A stretch of DNA of 64,000 bases, from the IMG/VR virus record IMGVR_UViG_3300042691_036107; one strand, given 5' to 3'. Shown here one piece after another: positions 8,632 through 17,543 of the stretch. Every line of letters begins with the position of its first letter. Within the stretch, counting starts at the first letter, position 1. The notes beneath the pieces were generated by a model. That model did not search any database. It saw only the letters and a program-made list of their open reading frames with translations, and was not told where the DNA came from. Source of the stretch: an uncultured virus (IMG/VR IMGVR_UViG_3300042691_036107) (taxonomy: Duplodnaviria > Heunggongvirae > Uroviricota > Caudoviricetes). The position numbers and the translations under genes are program-made.

Positions 8632-8791
8632 AGAGCGGTGTATCAGAGGAGGCGGTTGTCACACGATGCGCCGCTTCGCTGCAACCGGAGACGATAGAGT
8701 CGCCGAAGAAGAAACCCGACGAACTCACGATCTCGGTCTTCGACTCGTCCGTCGTCTTCTGCCTGTTCAGGCTCTCGCGGAGGTGAAGTGA
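8621..8791 (+). CDS. cassette A11
   Basis: Manual: RCIRGGGCH...HDLGLRLVRRLLPVQALAEVK. Confidence 0.75.
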   Translation: MSSEERCIRGGGCHTMRRFAATGDDRVAEEETRRTHDLGLRLVRRLLPVQALAEVK

Positions 8792-8955
8792 CCTGGAACA
8801 GAAAGATCTACGGGGGTTGCATCTTTGTTCCGCCCTCCAATTGTACGGTGCGTTCGTGCATCCCGTACAACGAAGCTGCGGCTGCGCGCGGCGTCAGCTT
8901 CCGGCTAGTCAGGCGTCTACGGCCCGCTCAGGCGATTTCCGAGGTGACGTTGTGA
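8788..8955 (+). CDS. cassette A12
   Basis: Manual: KIYGGCIF...GVSFRLVRRLRPAQAISEVTL. Confidence 0.75.
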   Translation: MTWNRKIYGGCIFVPPSNCTVRSCIPYNEAAAARGVSFRLVRRLRPAQAISEVTL

Positions 8956-9104
8956 TCATCGGTGGCTCTTGGGGCTTTCCCCATAAGGTCTCTCGTCTGG
9001 CTCACGTGGACCACGTGATGCGAGATTGGAAAGACGATGACATAGGTTTCAGGTTGATCCGACGCCTACGCCTCGCTCAGGTGCTTGCGGAGATCGGGCG
9101 ATGA
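8952..9104 (+). CDS. cassette A13
   Basis: IIGGSW...DDIGFRLIRRLRLAQVLAEIGR. Confidence 0.8.
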   Translation: MIIGGSWGFPHKVSRLAHVDHVMRDWKDDDIGFRLIRRLRLAQVLAEIGR

Positions 9105-9262
9105 TGCTCGTCCTTCGGGGTGGCGGCTGGTACAGCACGATCCGTGCCATCCCGTTTACTCGACGGGATCGTGGCGAGGCAGACGATCGTTTCGAGTCTT
9201 TCGGATTTCGACTTGCCCGGCGACTTGTACCTGCTCAAGCGCTCAGTGAGGTGACGTTGTGA
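9101..9262 (+). CDS. cassette A14
   Basis: Manual: VLRGGGWY...SFGFRLARRLVPAQALSEVTL. Confidence 0.8.
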   Translation: MMLVLRGGGWYSTIRAIPFTRRDRGEADDRFESFGFRLARRLVPAQALSEVTL

Positions 9263-9435
9263 TCGACAAACGACGTTATCGGCCGCAATCTGGCGGTTGT
9301 TACTTCGACCCGCGGACATGGGCGCAACTGGACCGGGGAGATGCATCTCCTCCCGGTATCATCGATACCGAGCTAGGCTTTCGCTTGATTCGGCGACTCA
9401 CGCCGGCTCAGATGCTTGCAGAGATGGGGGCATGA
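9259..9435 (+). CDS. cassette A15
   Basis: Manual: QSGGCYF...ELGFRLIRRLTPAQMLAEMGA. Confidence 0.8.
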   Translation: MIDKRRYRPQSGGCYFDPRTWAQLDRGDASPPGIIDTELGFRLIRRLTPAQMLAEMGA

Positions 9436-9608
9436 GTCGCCGTTTGCTCGGTGGAGGTTGTTTCGCCCTGTTGCACCGGTGTGTCGTGCGTGGACCCGAC
9501 CACGCAAGCTACGGCTCGCGTTTCGCTTGTTCTATCGGCTTTCGGCTTGCTCGGAAGATCACGCCTGCAGAGCTGCTCGTGGAGGGGTGTTGTGCTGAAG
9601 GTCGGTGA
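9432..9608 (+). CDS. cassette A16
   Basis: LLGGGCF...SIGFRLARKITPAELLVE. Confidence 0.75.
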   Translation: MSRRLLGGGCFALLHRCVVRGPDHASYGSRFACSIGFRLARKITPAELLVEGCCAEGR

Positions 9609-9825
9609 TCGTGTTCGCTTCACGAAGCGGAGCATCAGTCTCTATTATGGCCGGAATGGAACGGTGCTGAGCTTGACGCCAATACCTCAGGCAGTGCTTG
9701 TGGCAGTCTGCATGGACGGTGATCCGGCCGCCTGCGAAGTAGCTTTCTTGTCCGAGAGCCTACGGCTGCTCACGCCCGCAGAGTTGCTCGTTGAAGCAGC
9801 GGAGAAGGAGGAGTCAGATGAGTAG
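9592..9825 (+). CDS. small KOW/SH3-like protein with PAELL tag
   Basis: LKVGDRVRF...LRLLTPAELLVE. Confidence 0.7.
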   Translation: MLKVGDRVRFTKRSISLYYGRNGTVLSLTPIPQAVLVAVCMDGDPAACEVAFLSESLRLLTPAELLVEAAEKEESDE

Positions 9826-10165
9826 CTGGCCATGGGCGCGCTTCGTCGTACGCCCAGACACGAACGGCGCGCTGATCGGTAAGGACTTCGGGGCGTTCAC
9901 TCCTGGATACGTTTACGAAGCTCGACTGATCATGGATGAAGTCGTGATCTATCGACGCGGGCGGTCTCCCCTCTTGATCGAAGGCGGTGTAGGCGAGCTT
10001 CGCCGTTTCGGTGTCGCGATCTGTAACGGCAATGAGACCCAGCACATCATGTCCGACGGCGATCACCTGCTGACGCTCGAAGAGCTGGCGCGCCGTGTCG
10101 AAGAGCAGACCGGCATCAACCCCCTCACCCCTGGCGAGCGCTTGGCGCTCTTGAACGGAGACTGA
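9818..10165 (+). CDS. hypothetical protein with tag-like C-terminus
   Basis: AGGAGG RBS; ends PLTPGERLALL. Confidence 0.65.
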   Translation: MSSWPWARFVVRPDTNGALIGKDFGAFTPGYVYEARLIMDEVVIYRRGRSPLLIEGGVGELRRFGVAICNGNETQHIMSDGDHLLTLEELARRVEEQTGINPLTPGERLALLNGD

Positions 10166-10168
10166 AAC

Positions 10169-10621
10169 ATGAGCGAAGTCGAGCGGAAATACACGGTCTT
10201 TCAGGAAGCGGGAAGAGGACGGAAGAAGTGCGGCGGCTGTGAGGTGTTCGTCGGTGTCCGTACGAACACCTGCCCGCAGTGCGGTCACGTCTTCCAGAAG
10301 AGCGAGAAGTCGGAGCCGGTAAAGCCGGAGCCGTTGGACGTGGAGCCCCAGCAAGAGCCGCGGGCGCAGACGGCCACGACGACGGAACGCCCAAAAAATG
10401 GGGCGCAACTGATCACCATCCCTGCGGGAAGGTGCCCGGTTCCGTTGCCGTCTTCGAGCGCCGACGATGTGCTCGCGTGGTCCGAGGCTGTCCGCGAGAA
10501 GTGCCGGCCGAAGGTGGAGCTGACGACCGAGGCGCTCCAGTATTGGGTTCGGGACTTCTTCGGCTACGGGACGCCAGACCATCGGGCAGCCGTGGCTCAT
10601 CTGGCCGAGCAAGAGCCTTAA
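10169..10621 (+). CDS. zinc-ribbon-containing protein
   Basis: CGGC...CPQCGHVF. Confidence 0.7.
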   Translation: MSEVERKYTVFQEAGRGRKKCGGCEVFVGVRTNTCPQCGHVFQKSEKSEPVKPEPLDVEPQQEPRAQTATTTERPKNGAQLITIPAGRCPVPLPSSSADDVLAWSEAVREKCRPKVELTTEALQYWVRDFFGYGTPDHRAAVAHLAEQEP

Positions 10622-10700
10622 TGGCATACAGGTCCGGGCCGGCGCCTCTGTCAGGGATCGACACCCTGACGGACCTTTCCTTACCAGGAGAGCTGAGAAC

Positions 10701-10943
10701 ATGGTGAAGAAAGTGAAGATTCCCGTGTTGATCGAAGTCGATCCCCTCGGTCGACCGGTCGACGAAGATGCGGTGTACCTCGACGGTGAGAACTCGATCC
10801 TGTGTGCGTTCTGTGCGGTCGAGAGCCTCGACGACATGGTGCCGCACTTCAAGCCGGTCGAGCGCATCACGTTGTCAGGTGACGAAGGGAGCTGCACGTG
10901 TGACCAGTGTTCGTACGAGCTATCGACGCTCGTCGAGGCCTGA
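10701..10943 (+). CDS. small CxxC protein
   Basis: AGGAG RBS; CAFC, CDQC. Confidence 0.6.
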   Translation: MVKKVKIPVLIEVDPLGRPVDEDAVYLDGENSILCAFCAVESLDDMVPHFKPVERITLSGDEGSCTCDQCSYELSTLVEA

Positions 10944-11163
10944 ACGTGAACGTCCTGACAGATCTCCCCACGCCGTTTCCGGCGCTCGCGCTCGTGCTCG
11001 GCGGCGAGCTGTTCCTCGTCGTCTACGACAACGGGGACGGCTTGACCGTGATGACGCCGCCGCCTTCCACGCGGCAGAAGGCGGCTCGCGCGCAGGCAGA
11101 GAAGCAGTTCGGCAAGGAACGCAACAAGTGGGCCGACGGTGTTCGGCCAAACGGGAGTGGAAG

Positions 11164-11613
11164 ATGAGTCCAGAGGAGCTGTGGGCGCTCTACGAGCAGA
11201 GCCCTGCCGTGCTGGGACCGTGGAGCGAGGCGTCATTCACGAACACCAGCGGTGGCGGCGTCTCCTACGGGAAAGAGGCGCGTTGGCGTCTTCTTCCCCT
11301 GGTACTTCAGAACTACTGGAGCCGGGGGTCTGACTACGGCGCGCTCGTGCGGAAGTCGCGTGATCTGGTCGAGCCCGAGCGGTGGGACTACGCCGAGATG
11401 GGCGGGTACGACGAGGATGCGTACGAAGAGGCCATGAAGGACTACGCGATCGAGCAGCGCAAATGGAAGCCCTGGCACTGGGAAGTTCGCGATCGCCTTG
11501 TCATTCCGCTCGGCTCTTGGGGCTACGCGGACACGCGAGAAGAGGCCATGCAGGCTGCGGACGCCAAGCTCCGGGAGCACGGTGTCCTGCTGTGCGGGCC
11601 GTCGTTGAAGTGA
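11164..11613 (+). CDS. hypothetical protein
   Basis: ATGA coupling; coding-like composition. Confidence 0.6.
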   Translation: MSPEELWALYEQSPAVLGPWSEASFTNTSGGGVSYGKEARWRLLPLVLQNYWSRGSDYGALVRKSRDLVEPERWDYAEMGGYDEDAYEEAMKDYAIEQRKWKPWHWEVRDRLVIPLGSWGYADTREEAMQAADAKLREHGVLLCGPSLK

Positions 11614-11667
11614 ACTACGGGCATTCAGCCCACGACGCAGCGCGTTTGCTGCATAGGAGAAAGACAG

Positions 11668-14199
11668 ATGACGAAGAAAGTCGAGCGGTTTGCCTTCACC
11701 CTGCGGGATTTTCGAGGCAAGGTGAAGCGCTGCTACAACGTGGTCAAGACGGTCCCGTCGGCGCCGAAGCTGACGAAGAAGTTGACGCATCACATCTACA
11801 TCGTGGACGAGTCCGGCTCGATGTATTACGCGATGCGAGACCTCAAGGTCATGATCGAGAAGACCATGACGGTCGAGGAGTTCAAGGACTCCAAGATGAT
11901 GGTCACGCTCCTCGGGTACAGCTCGAAGGGCGACCTCGCCGTGTACTTCAGCCGGGTGTCGATCGCGGACGTGATGGCGCCGGGAAGTGCTCACGTCGAG
12001 GCGATTCGCCGTTTGCACGCGCGTGGCATGACGTGTGGCTCGCAGGCCTTCGAGAAGGCGCTGGAGTTCGTGACTCCCGGCGAAACGACCGGCATCAGCC
12101 TTCACACTGACGGCTACTTCAACGACCGTTCCGCATCCGACGAGCAGCGTGAATTCGATCGGCTCATCGAGGTCTGCAAGAAGACCCACCCCAACGTGTT
12201 CGTGAACACGGTCGCGCACGGCTCCTGGGCCGACTTCAAGCTCCTGTCGAAGATCGCCAACGCGCTCTCCGGCAAGTGCGTGGTCGCGCAAGACGTGAAG
12301 CAGGTCTACAAGGCCCTGCACGACACGAGCGCGCTGCTGGCCGGGCAGGTCGAGCCGGCGATCGACGCCGAGCTGCCCGACAACGCCGACTACCAGCTCT
12401 TCGTGAGCCGGGCCGCCGGGCGGGTAAACGGCGCCGCGGGAGATCTGGTCATCCAGGGCATCAAGCCCACGGACGACCGGGCGATCTACCACTTCAAGGA
12501 GACGGTCGACGAGGCGGTCGGTCTGCCACTGCTCGACGATGTAGAGCCGCACGTGGTTGCGGCCTTCGCGCAGGCGCAGTTGGCCGAAGGCCAGCTCAAC
12601 ACCGCGAAGTATGCCCTGGTCACGCTGCGTGATCCGCAACTCCTCGGGCTCCACGGTCGTGCCCTGACCAACAAGGCCCTGTCGAACATGGGTAGCGACC
12701 TGATGGCGGTCGTCAACGGCAGCCTGCCGCTCCCGACGACGCGGCCGGCGAGCTACGGTATCGAGTCCATCAAGCTCAGCGTCCTCGACCTGTTCGACGA
12801 GCTGGAAGCACAGCGGAACGCCTTCGAGGTGCACATGCCCTCGCTCTGGGCGAACTACCAGCGCCGGGGCCTGAAGCGGCTGTCCGGCACCTGGGAGGAA
12901 GGCAAGTTCGTTCCGGCCGAGTACAAGCAGGTGCCGCGGAAGAACGGCGACTACGCGCAGGTGAGGTCGTTCGACATCAAGCGCAACGCGGCGACGATCA
13001 ACCTCCTGGTGAGCCAGCCGGTCAGGCTGGTTGACCTCGCCGGGAACGAGATCGACGAGGTGGCGCGTGTCGACCTGACCGACCTCCGCTCGTACAACAA
13101 CGTCACGCTCGTCGCGGACGGCGAGTTGAACGTCACGAAGTTGACGGTGAAGTTCAAGAAGAAGCATCTCTTCAACACCTTGAGCGACCTCGGCGTGCTG
13201 ACGGGGGTCGTGCGAGGTGACACTTTCGACCCGATGCGCGACTACGAGATCGACTTCGGCGGGTTGCCGTTGATCGCCTTCGACCAGAGCTTCACGAACC
13301 CGAGCATGGCGTTCCGCAAGGTCCTGTTCCTCAAGACCATCATCGGCGTGGTGAGTGCGTGCGTGCGCGGCTCGACCGAGAGCGCCACGTACACGAGCGA
13401 ACAGATCGTCGAGCTGAAGAAGTTCTACATGACGCCGAACTTGAACTTCTCGCCCCCGAGCACGGTGCCGTACCGGGACGTGAAGGAGGCTATCTCCACG
13501 GGGCTGGTCGACAGCTACCCGCGCTTCGCGATCGAGATCGGCGACACGAACATCCTAGACGCAGGCAAGCTGCACTCGGCGAACGAGTGCTTGCGCCGTT
13601 TCTTCGTGTCGCCGACGGACGCGAAGGCCAAGATCGACTTCTCGATGTGGGCCGACGGCGCGAACTTCGCCCGGAAGGAGCTGACCAGCCGGACCAAGAT
13701 CACGAAGGTCGACGAGTACATGCGTCCGATCTTCGAGGAACTCTGCGGATTCAGCACGGGCGCCATCGTGGCGGCGTGCGAGGCGACGGGTTGGAAGGCG
13801 GGTGATGACATTCACTTCGCGGCGGCCGCGCTGGTCGACACGATCGGGAAGAGGGACAAGCTCTCGAAGGAGACGATCGCCGTGGTCCTCGACTCGATTA
13901 AGCGCCCCTGCGAGATCGAGCTGGAGCGTGTCTACGCCGAGGAGATCACGCCGCTCGCGTTCTACATCGGCGCGACCGGGCTGCTGCCCGACAGCAAGGA
14001 CTTCGAGTTCGTGACGATGCTCACGGCCGAGCAGCTCGTCGAGAAGTACCCGAACCTCAACCCGGACAAGGACCAGCGCGAGGGCTTGTTCTTCGTCGTC
14101 GGCGACACGGTGCTGTCGGTCGCGGTGACGAACGAGCTGTTCTCGACGCCTGCCGGTGTCGAAGCGGCGAAGCAGATCCAGAACGAAGTCTCGGCCTAG
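11668..14199 (+). CDS. large vWA-domain protein
   Basis: 843 aa; MIDAS-like VDESGSM and HTDGY; AGGAG RBS. Confidence 0.8.
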   Translation: MTKKVERFAFTLRDFRGKVKRCYNVVKTVPSAPKLTKKLTHHIYIVDESGSMYYAMRDLKVMIEKTMTVEEFKDSKMMVTLLGYSSKGDLAVYFSRVSIADVMAPGSAHVEAIRRLHARGMTCGSQAFEKALEFVTPGETTGISLHTDGYFNDRSASDEQREFDRLIEVCKKTHPNVFVNTVAHGSWADFKLLSKIANALSGKCVVAQDVKQVYKALHDTSALLAGQVEPAIDAELPDNADYQLFVSRAAGRVNGAAGDLVIQGIKPTDDRAIYHFKETVDEAVGLPLLDDVEPHVVAAFAQAQLAEGQLNTAKYALVTLRDPQLLGLHGRALTNKALSNMGSDLMAVVNGSLPLPTTRPASYGIESIKLSVLDLFDELEAQRNAFEVHMPSLWANYQRRGLKRLSGTWEEGKFVPAEYKQVPRKNGDYAQVRSFDIKRNAATINLLVSQPVRLVDLAGNEIDEVARVDLTDLRSYNNVTLVADGELNVTKLTVKFKKKHLFNTLSDLGVLTGVVRGDTFDPMRDYEIDFGGLPLIAFDQSFTNPSMAFRKVLFLKTIIGVVSACVRGSTESATYTSEQIVELKKFYMTPNLNFSPPSTVPYRDVKEAISTGLVDSYPRFAIEIGDTNILDAGKLHSANECLRRFFVSPTDAKAKIDFSMWADGANFARKELTSRTKITKVDEYMRPIFEELCGFSTGAIVAACEATGWKAGDDIHFAAAALVDTIGKRDKLSKETIAVVLDSIKRPCEIELERVYAEEITPLAFYIGATGLLPDSKDFEFVTMLTAEQLVEKYPNLNPDKDQREGLFFVVGDTVLSVAVTNELFSTPAGVEAAKQIQNEVSA

Positions 14200-14216
14200 T
14201 CGAGCAGGTGTTCGTG

Positions 14217-14274
14217 TAGACGTGCAGGTGCCGGTCCGCGAGGGCTGGATGGGTTCGAGTCCCGTCAACGTCTG
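14217..14274 (+). ncRNA. minimal tRNA-like element (acceptor-like stem + GNRA hairpin + T-arm)
   Basis: TAGACGT/ACGTCTG stem; CCGGTCC-GCGA-GGGCTGG; ATGGG-TTCGAGT-CCCGT; no D or anticodon arm. Confidence 0.5.
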
Positions 14275-14295
14275 TTTCTCTTTGTGGAGAGATTG

Positions 14296-14511
14296 ATGCA
14301 CTTCCGAGCCAAGCCGCTCCCCGCATGGGAGAAGCGCATATTGTGGTTCCTGGCGGAGAAGGGACGCCGGGTCCCGTTCCAGTGGGAGACACGCTCCGGC
14401 CGCTGGCGGTGCGCCCGTTGCGGAGATGTCGTTGATGCGGTGACCAAGCCGGTTCCGTTCTGTCGAGAGTGCGAAGGACCGATCAAAGCTTTGATCGAGG
14501 TGAAGTCATGA
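14296..14511 (+). CDS. small zinc-finger protein
   Basis: CARC...CREC. Confidence 0.55.
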   Translation: MHFRAKPLPAWEKRILWFLAEKGRRVPFQWETRSGRWRCARCGDVVDAVTKPVPFCRECEGPIKALIEVKS

Positions 14512-14672
14512 AAGCCGTGTACCTTGTTCATGGTGGGTGTTGGTCGAACGTTATCTCGTTCCTTCGCCCTAGCTACGGGGGCCAGGTGTTTCCATCCGGT
14601 GCGCGGACGATCGGTTTTCGCCTGGTTCGCGCCCTACGACCAGCGCAGCAACTCGCCGAGGTGAAGCCATGA
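14508..14672 (+). CDS. cassette B1
   Basis: VHGGCW...TIGFRLVRALRPAQQLAEVKP. Confidence 0.8.
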   Translation: MKAVYLVHGGCWSNVISFLRPSYGGQVFPSGARTIGFRLVRALRPAQQLAEVKP

Positions 14673-14839
14673 AACTCGATCGATGCTGCAAAGGCGGGGC
14701 TTTAAGAGATTCTCCATCGTCCTGCCGAATCCGTACAAGAGGCGCAGAGACCGCGCATGACGGTTGGTGTGTGGACATCGGCCTTCGTTTGTACCGGCGG
14801 CTCACCCCTGCTCAGCAACTCGGCGAGGTGCGGCTGTGA
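14669..14839 (+). CDS. cassette B2
   Basis: Manual: RCCKGGAL...DIGLRLYRRLTPAQQLGEVRL. Confidence 0.75.
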   Translation: MKLDRCCKGGALRDSPSSCRIRTRGAETAHDGWCVDIGLRLYRRLTPAQQLGEVRL

Positions 14840-15003
14840 AGTGTGATCGGGTTTGTCTCGGTGGGGGGCACAGAGACCAAGAAGTTCGTTGTAAACCGAT
14901 CGCGTCCGCGGCTGATGTCGATGAGCAACGGTTTCTGGACATCGGCTTTCGCCTGTTCCGTCGGCTCATGCCTGCTCAGGCGCTCAGCGAGGCGACGACA
15001 TGA
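14836..15003 (+). CDS. cassette B3
   Basis: RVCLGGGH...DIGFRLFRRLMPAQALSE. Confidence 0.75.
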   Translation: MKCDRVCLGGGHRDQEVRCKPIASAADVDEQRFLDIGFRLFRRLMPAQALSEATT

Positions 15004-15170
15004 CCGGAGACAAGAACCGCAAGTGCGAAGGTGGTGCTTGGAACTCCAATCAGTGGGGCCGTCGTATGTTCGAGGGGGCGGCACCAGATAGCGTAATAGA
15101 TCCTGACTTGGGCTTTCGCCTTGTCCGTCGCCTTGCACCCGCGCAACAGCTTTCGGAGATCCGTGGATGA
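15000..15170 (+). CDS. cassette B4
   Basis: Manual: KCEGGAW...DLGFRLVRRLAPAQQLSEIRG. Confidence 0.75.
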   Translation: MTGDKNRKCEGGAWNSNQWGRRMFEGAAPDSVIDPDLGFRLVRRLAPAQQLSEIRG

Positions 15171-15349
15171 AACTGGATTCAGTCATCATCGGCTGTTCGT
15201 ACAGCAGCTCTTGCGAGGTTTGGCTGCTTCATCACGACATGAACAAGCGGCGTATTACCTGGCTTAAGTCGATCAGAGACGAAGACACGAGTCTTCGCCT
15301 GATCCGGCGTTTATCCCCTGCTCAAGCCCTCGGGGAGATTCAACGATGA
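15167..15349 (+). CDS. cassette B5
   Basis: IIGCSY...DTSLRLIRRLSPAQALGEIQR. Confidence 0.7.
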   Translation: MKLDSVIIGCSYSSSCEVWLLHHDMNKRRITWLKSIRDEDTSLRLIRRLSPAQALGEIQR

Positions 15350-15513
15350 GCCTGTACAGAGCCGTGATGGGATGCGCTGCTGATGTCGACATCTATTCGG
15401 TTCAGCTTGTGTATCCTTTCACAGGCGAGAGCACGGAACGTAGTGAAGACACGGGTTTCCGCCTGTACCGTCGACTTACACCCGCGCAGCAACTTGCGGA
15501 GATCAGACCATGA
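15346..15513 (+). CDS. cassette B6
   Basis: Manual: RAVMGCAA...DTGFRLYRRLTPAQQLAEIRP. Confidence 0.75.
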   Translation: MSLYRAVMGCAADVDIYSVQLVYPFTGESTERSEDTGFRLYRRLTPAQQLAEIRP

Positions 15514-15677
15514 TCGCGGCCGTCAAACTGCGAGGCACGTGTTTCGGCAGCCGCGTCGGTTGGGTCTCAAATAGAACGGCGGTGGTAGTGCAGAAAGGGC
15601 GTAGTAGTTCTACCTGGGGTTTTCGGCTGTGCCGATGCTTCAGTTTCGCGCAAGCGCTCGCTGAGGTGAAGCCTTGA
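15510..15677 (+). CDS. cassette B7
   Basis: Manual: KLRGTCF...TWGFRLCRCFSFAQALAEVKP. Confidence 0.7.
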   Translation: MIAAVKLRGTCFGSRVGWVSNRTAVVVQKGRSSSTWGFRLCRCFSFAQALAEVKP

Positions 15678-15835
15678 ATAAGGTAGTCTGCGGAGGGACT
15701 TACGCTTTGTTCCAAGCTTTCGCGAAGCTCACGTGGCTGCGGTTCACCTTCCGCCCAGCGGACAAAGCTAGGGTTGGCCTACGCCTCGTTCGCACGGTCC
15801 TGCCCGCGGAAGCGCTGTCTATGGTGAAGACATGA
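15674..15835 (+). CDS. cassette B8
   Basis: Manual: VVCGGTY...RVGLRLVRTVLPAEALSMVKT. Confidence 0.7.
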   Translation: MNKVVCGGTYALFQAFAKLTWLRFTFRPADKARVGLRLVRTVLPAEALSMVKT

Positions 15836-15990
15836 CTCCAATGTGCGCGCGTGGAGGCTCTTGGTTCGTTGAACGGGTGCTTCTACGCTACAGGCTCGAC
15901 TTGAGCGGTAAAGACCAATACCGCACGGTAGGGCTTCGGCTGGTTCGGCGATTGCGCCCGGCGCAGGCTCTGTCAGAGATGCAACCATGA
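15832..15990 (+). CDS. cassette B9
   Basis: Manual: CARGGSWF...TVGLRLVRRLRPAQALSEMQP. Confidence 0.8.
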   Translation: MTPMCARGGSWFVERVLLRYRLDLSGKDQYRTVGLRLVRRLRPAQALSEMQP

Positions 15991-16181
15991 GCCGGAAAGA
16001 TCAAGGCAGTCGAGGTGGCTCTTTCAGCTTCCACCGCCGCTGGTCTCGCTGGCGCCACCGTGCAATGGATCCTGTGACATCCAGAAACTTGGACGCCGGA
16101 TTTCGTCTGTTTCGCCGGCTCAAGCCGGCACAATCGCTCGGCGAGGTCGGGCATGAAGACTACAACAATGAGGAGGAATGA
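15987..16181 (+). CDS. cassette B10
   Basis: SRGGSF...DAGFRLFRRLKPAQSLGEV. Confidence 0.8.
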   Translation: MSRKDQGSRGGSFSFHRRWSRWRHRAMDPVTSRNLDAGFRLFRRLKPAQSLGEVGHEDYNNEEE

Positions 16182-16184
16182 CAG

Positions 16185-17543
16185 ATGGCGAAGATCGAGA
16201 CGACGCTGAGCGCGAGCTACCAGCGGGGGACTTGGGCGTTCAAGGACGCCATGAGGGAACTGATCAGCAACGCGCTGGACGGTGAGACGAGGCTGCGCCC
16301 GCTCGGTTATGGCCGGGCGTCGCTGAAGTACGACGAGCGGACCATGACAGCGACGATCGGCAACATCGGCGTCACGGTCCCGACCAAGGCCTTGCTCATG
16401 GGAACGAGCGAGAGCCGGGACGTGGATGCGGCGATCGGCCAGTTCGGCGAGGGACTGCCGATGGCGTTGCTCGTCCTCGCCCGTCTGGGACGGGACGTGG
16501 TGATCTACAACGGCGAGGAGAAGTGGACGCCGAGCATCGAGCGGTCGGACCGCTTCGACGGCGAGCACATCCTGGTCATCAACACGCGGAAGGTGCAGGA
16601 TCGGGGCCGGTTCGAGGTCAACGTCTCGCCGGTAACGCGGGAGCAGTGGGAGGAGGCACGCGCGCTGTTCCTGCACTTCGATCCAACGTTCGACAAGAGC
16701 CAGGCGGTACAGTTGGACGAAGAACAAGTCCTGTTGCAACCCGAGTTCCGGGGACGCCTTTACTGCAAGGGCGTGTTCGTGCAGGCCCGCAAGGACCTGG
16801 CTTTCGGTTACGACCTCAATCTCGTTCTCAACCGCGATCGCTCGTTCTTGAACGAGTGGGATTTGCAGGACAAGCTCGGTCGTCTGTTGAGCAACGTCGT
16901 CTCGCACGTCAACGAGAATGAGTCCTTCGCTCACAACCTCGCAGAGCGGGTACTCAACGAGGATCTGCTGGAAGGCAAAGACGCCTACAGTTCGTTGGTC
17001 TACAATTCGACGTTCCAGCGCATCATGCAGGAGCTGTTCCAGGCGCGCTACGGCGAGACTGCCGTGCCTGTCGAGACGGCTGATGATGAGAAGGAAGCGC
17101 ACAGCTTCGACTTGCGCCCTGTGCGGGTCGGCCGGACAGCGCTCAAGGTCCTGCAAGGCAGCATCGGCTCGCTGTCGCAGATCCGGGAGCGCCGCGCGAG
17201 TGAGGTTGTGTCCGTCCATGACTTCGACAGCCTCAGCTCGGCGGAGCGGCAGAACCTCATGACGCTGCAGGCGCTCGTGGAGGCGTGCGACAGGGGGACC
17301 TCGCTTGTTTGCGTATCGTACCGCGACCCGAGCACGCCCTACACGCGGAAGGGTCGTGAGATCTGCATCAACCGGACCGGGCTGCTGGAGCTGGGCGCGG
17401 CGATCCATCGGGTCGTCTCGGCCCTCGGCGGGATGAGCGATCAGCCCCCGACGCTCGATGTTGCCGTCAGTCTGCTCCAGCGTATGATCGAAGGCAACGA
17501 CACCGTGCTGATGCAGCGCCTGCTCGCGGCTCGGGGTGCGTGA
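16185..17543 (+). CDS. GHKL (HATPase_c)-like ATPase domain protein
   Basis: RELISNALD (N box), IGQFGEGL (G box). Confidence 0.75.
   Translation: MAKIETTLSASYQRGTWAFKDAMRELISNALDGETRLRPLGYGRASLKYDERTMTATIGNIGVTVPTKALLMGTSESRDVDAAIGQFGEGLPMALLVLARLGRDVVIYNGEEKWTPSIERSDRFDGEHILVINTRKVQDRGRFEVNVSPVTREQWEEARALFLHFDPTFDKSQAVQLDEEQVLLQPEFRGRLYCKGVFVQARKDLAFGYDLNLVLNRDRSFLNEWDLQDKLGRLLSNVVSHVNENESFAHNLAERVLNEDLLEGKDAYSSLVYNSTFQRIMQELFQARYGETAVPVETADDEKEAHSFDLRPVRVGRTALKVLQGSIGSLSQIRERRASEVVSVHDFDSLSSAERQNLMTLQALVEACDRGTSLVCVSYRDPSTPYTRKGREICINRTGLLELGAAIHRVVSALGGMSDQPPTLDVAVSLLQRMIEGNDTVLMQRLLAARGA

Noticed and set aside
6441..9608. CRISPR array or integron cassette array
   Set aside because: The ~170-bp periodicity comes from overlapping ORFs with protein-level conservation; there are no identical DNA repeats, attC-like gaps, cas genes or integrase.
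14217..14274. Canonical tRNA gene
   Set aside because: Only 58 nt, with no D-arm, no 7-nt anticodon loop and no CCA; kept as a tRNA-like element.
14508..16181. One long repeat protein under stop-codon reassignment
   Set aside because: Successive units lie in shifted frames with their own start codons and RBS; TGA and TAG terminate normal genes throughout the window.
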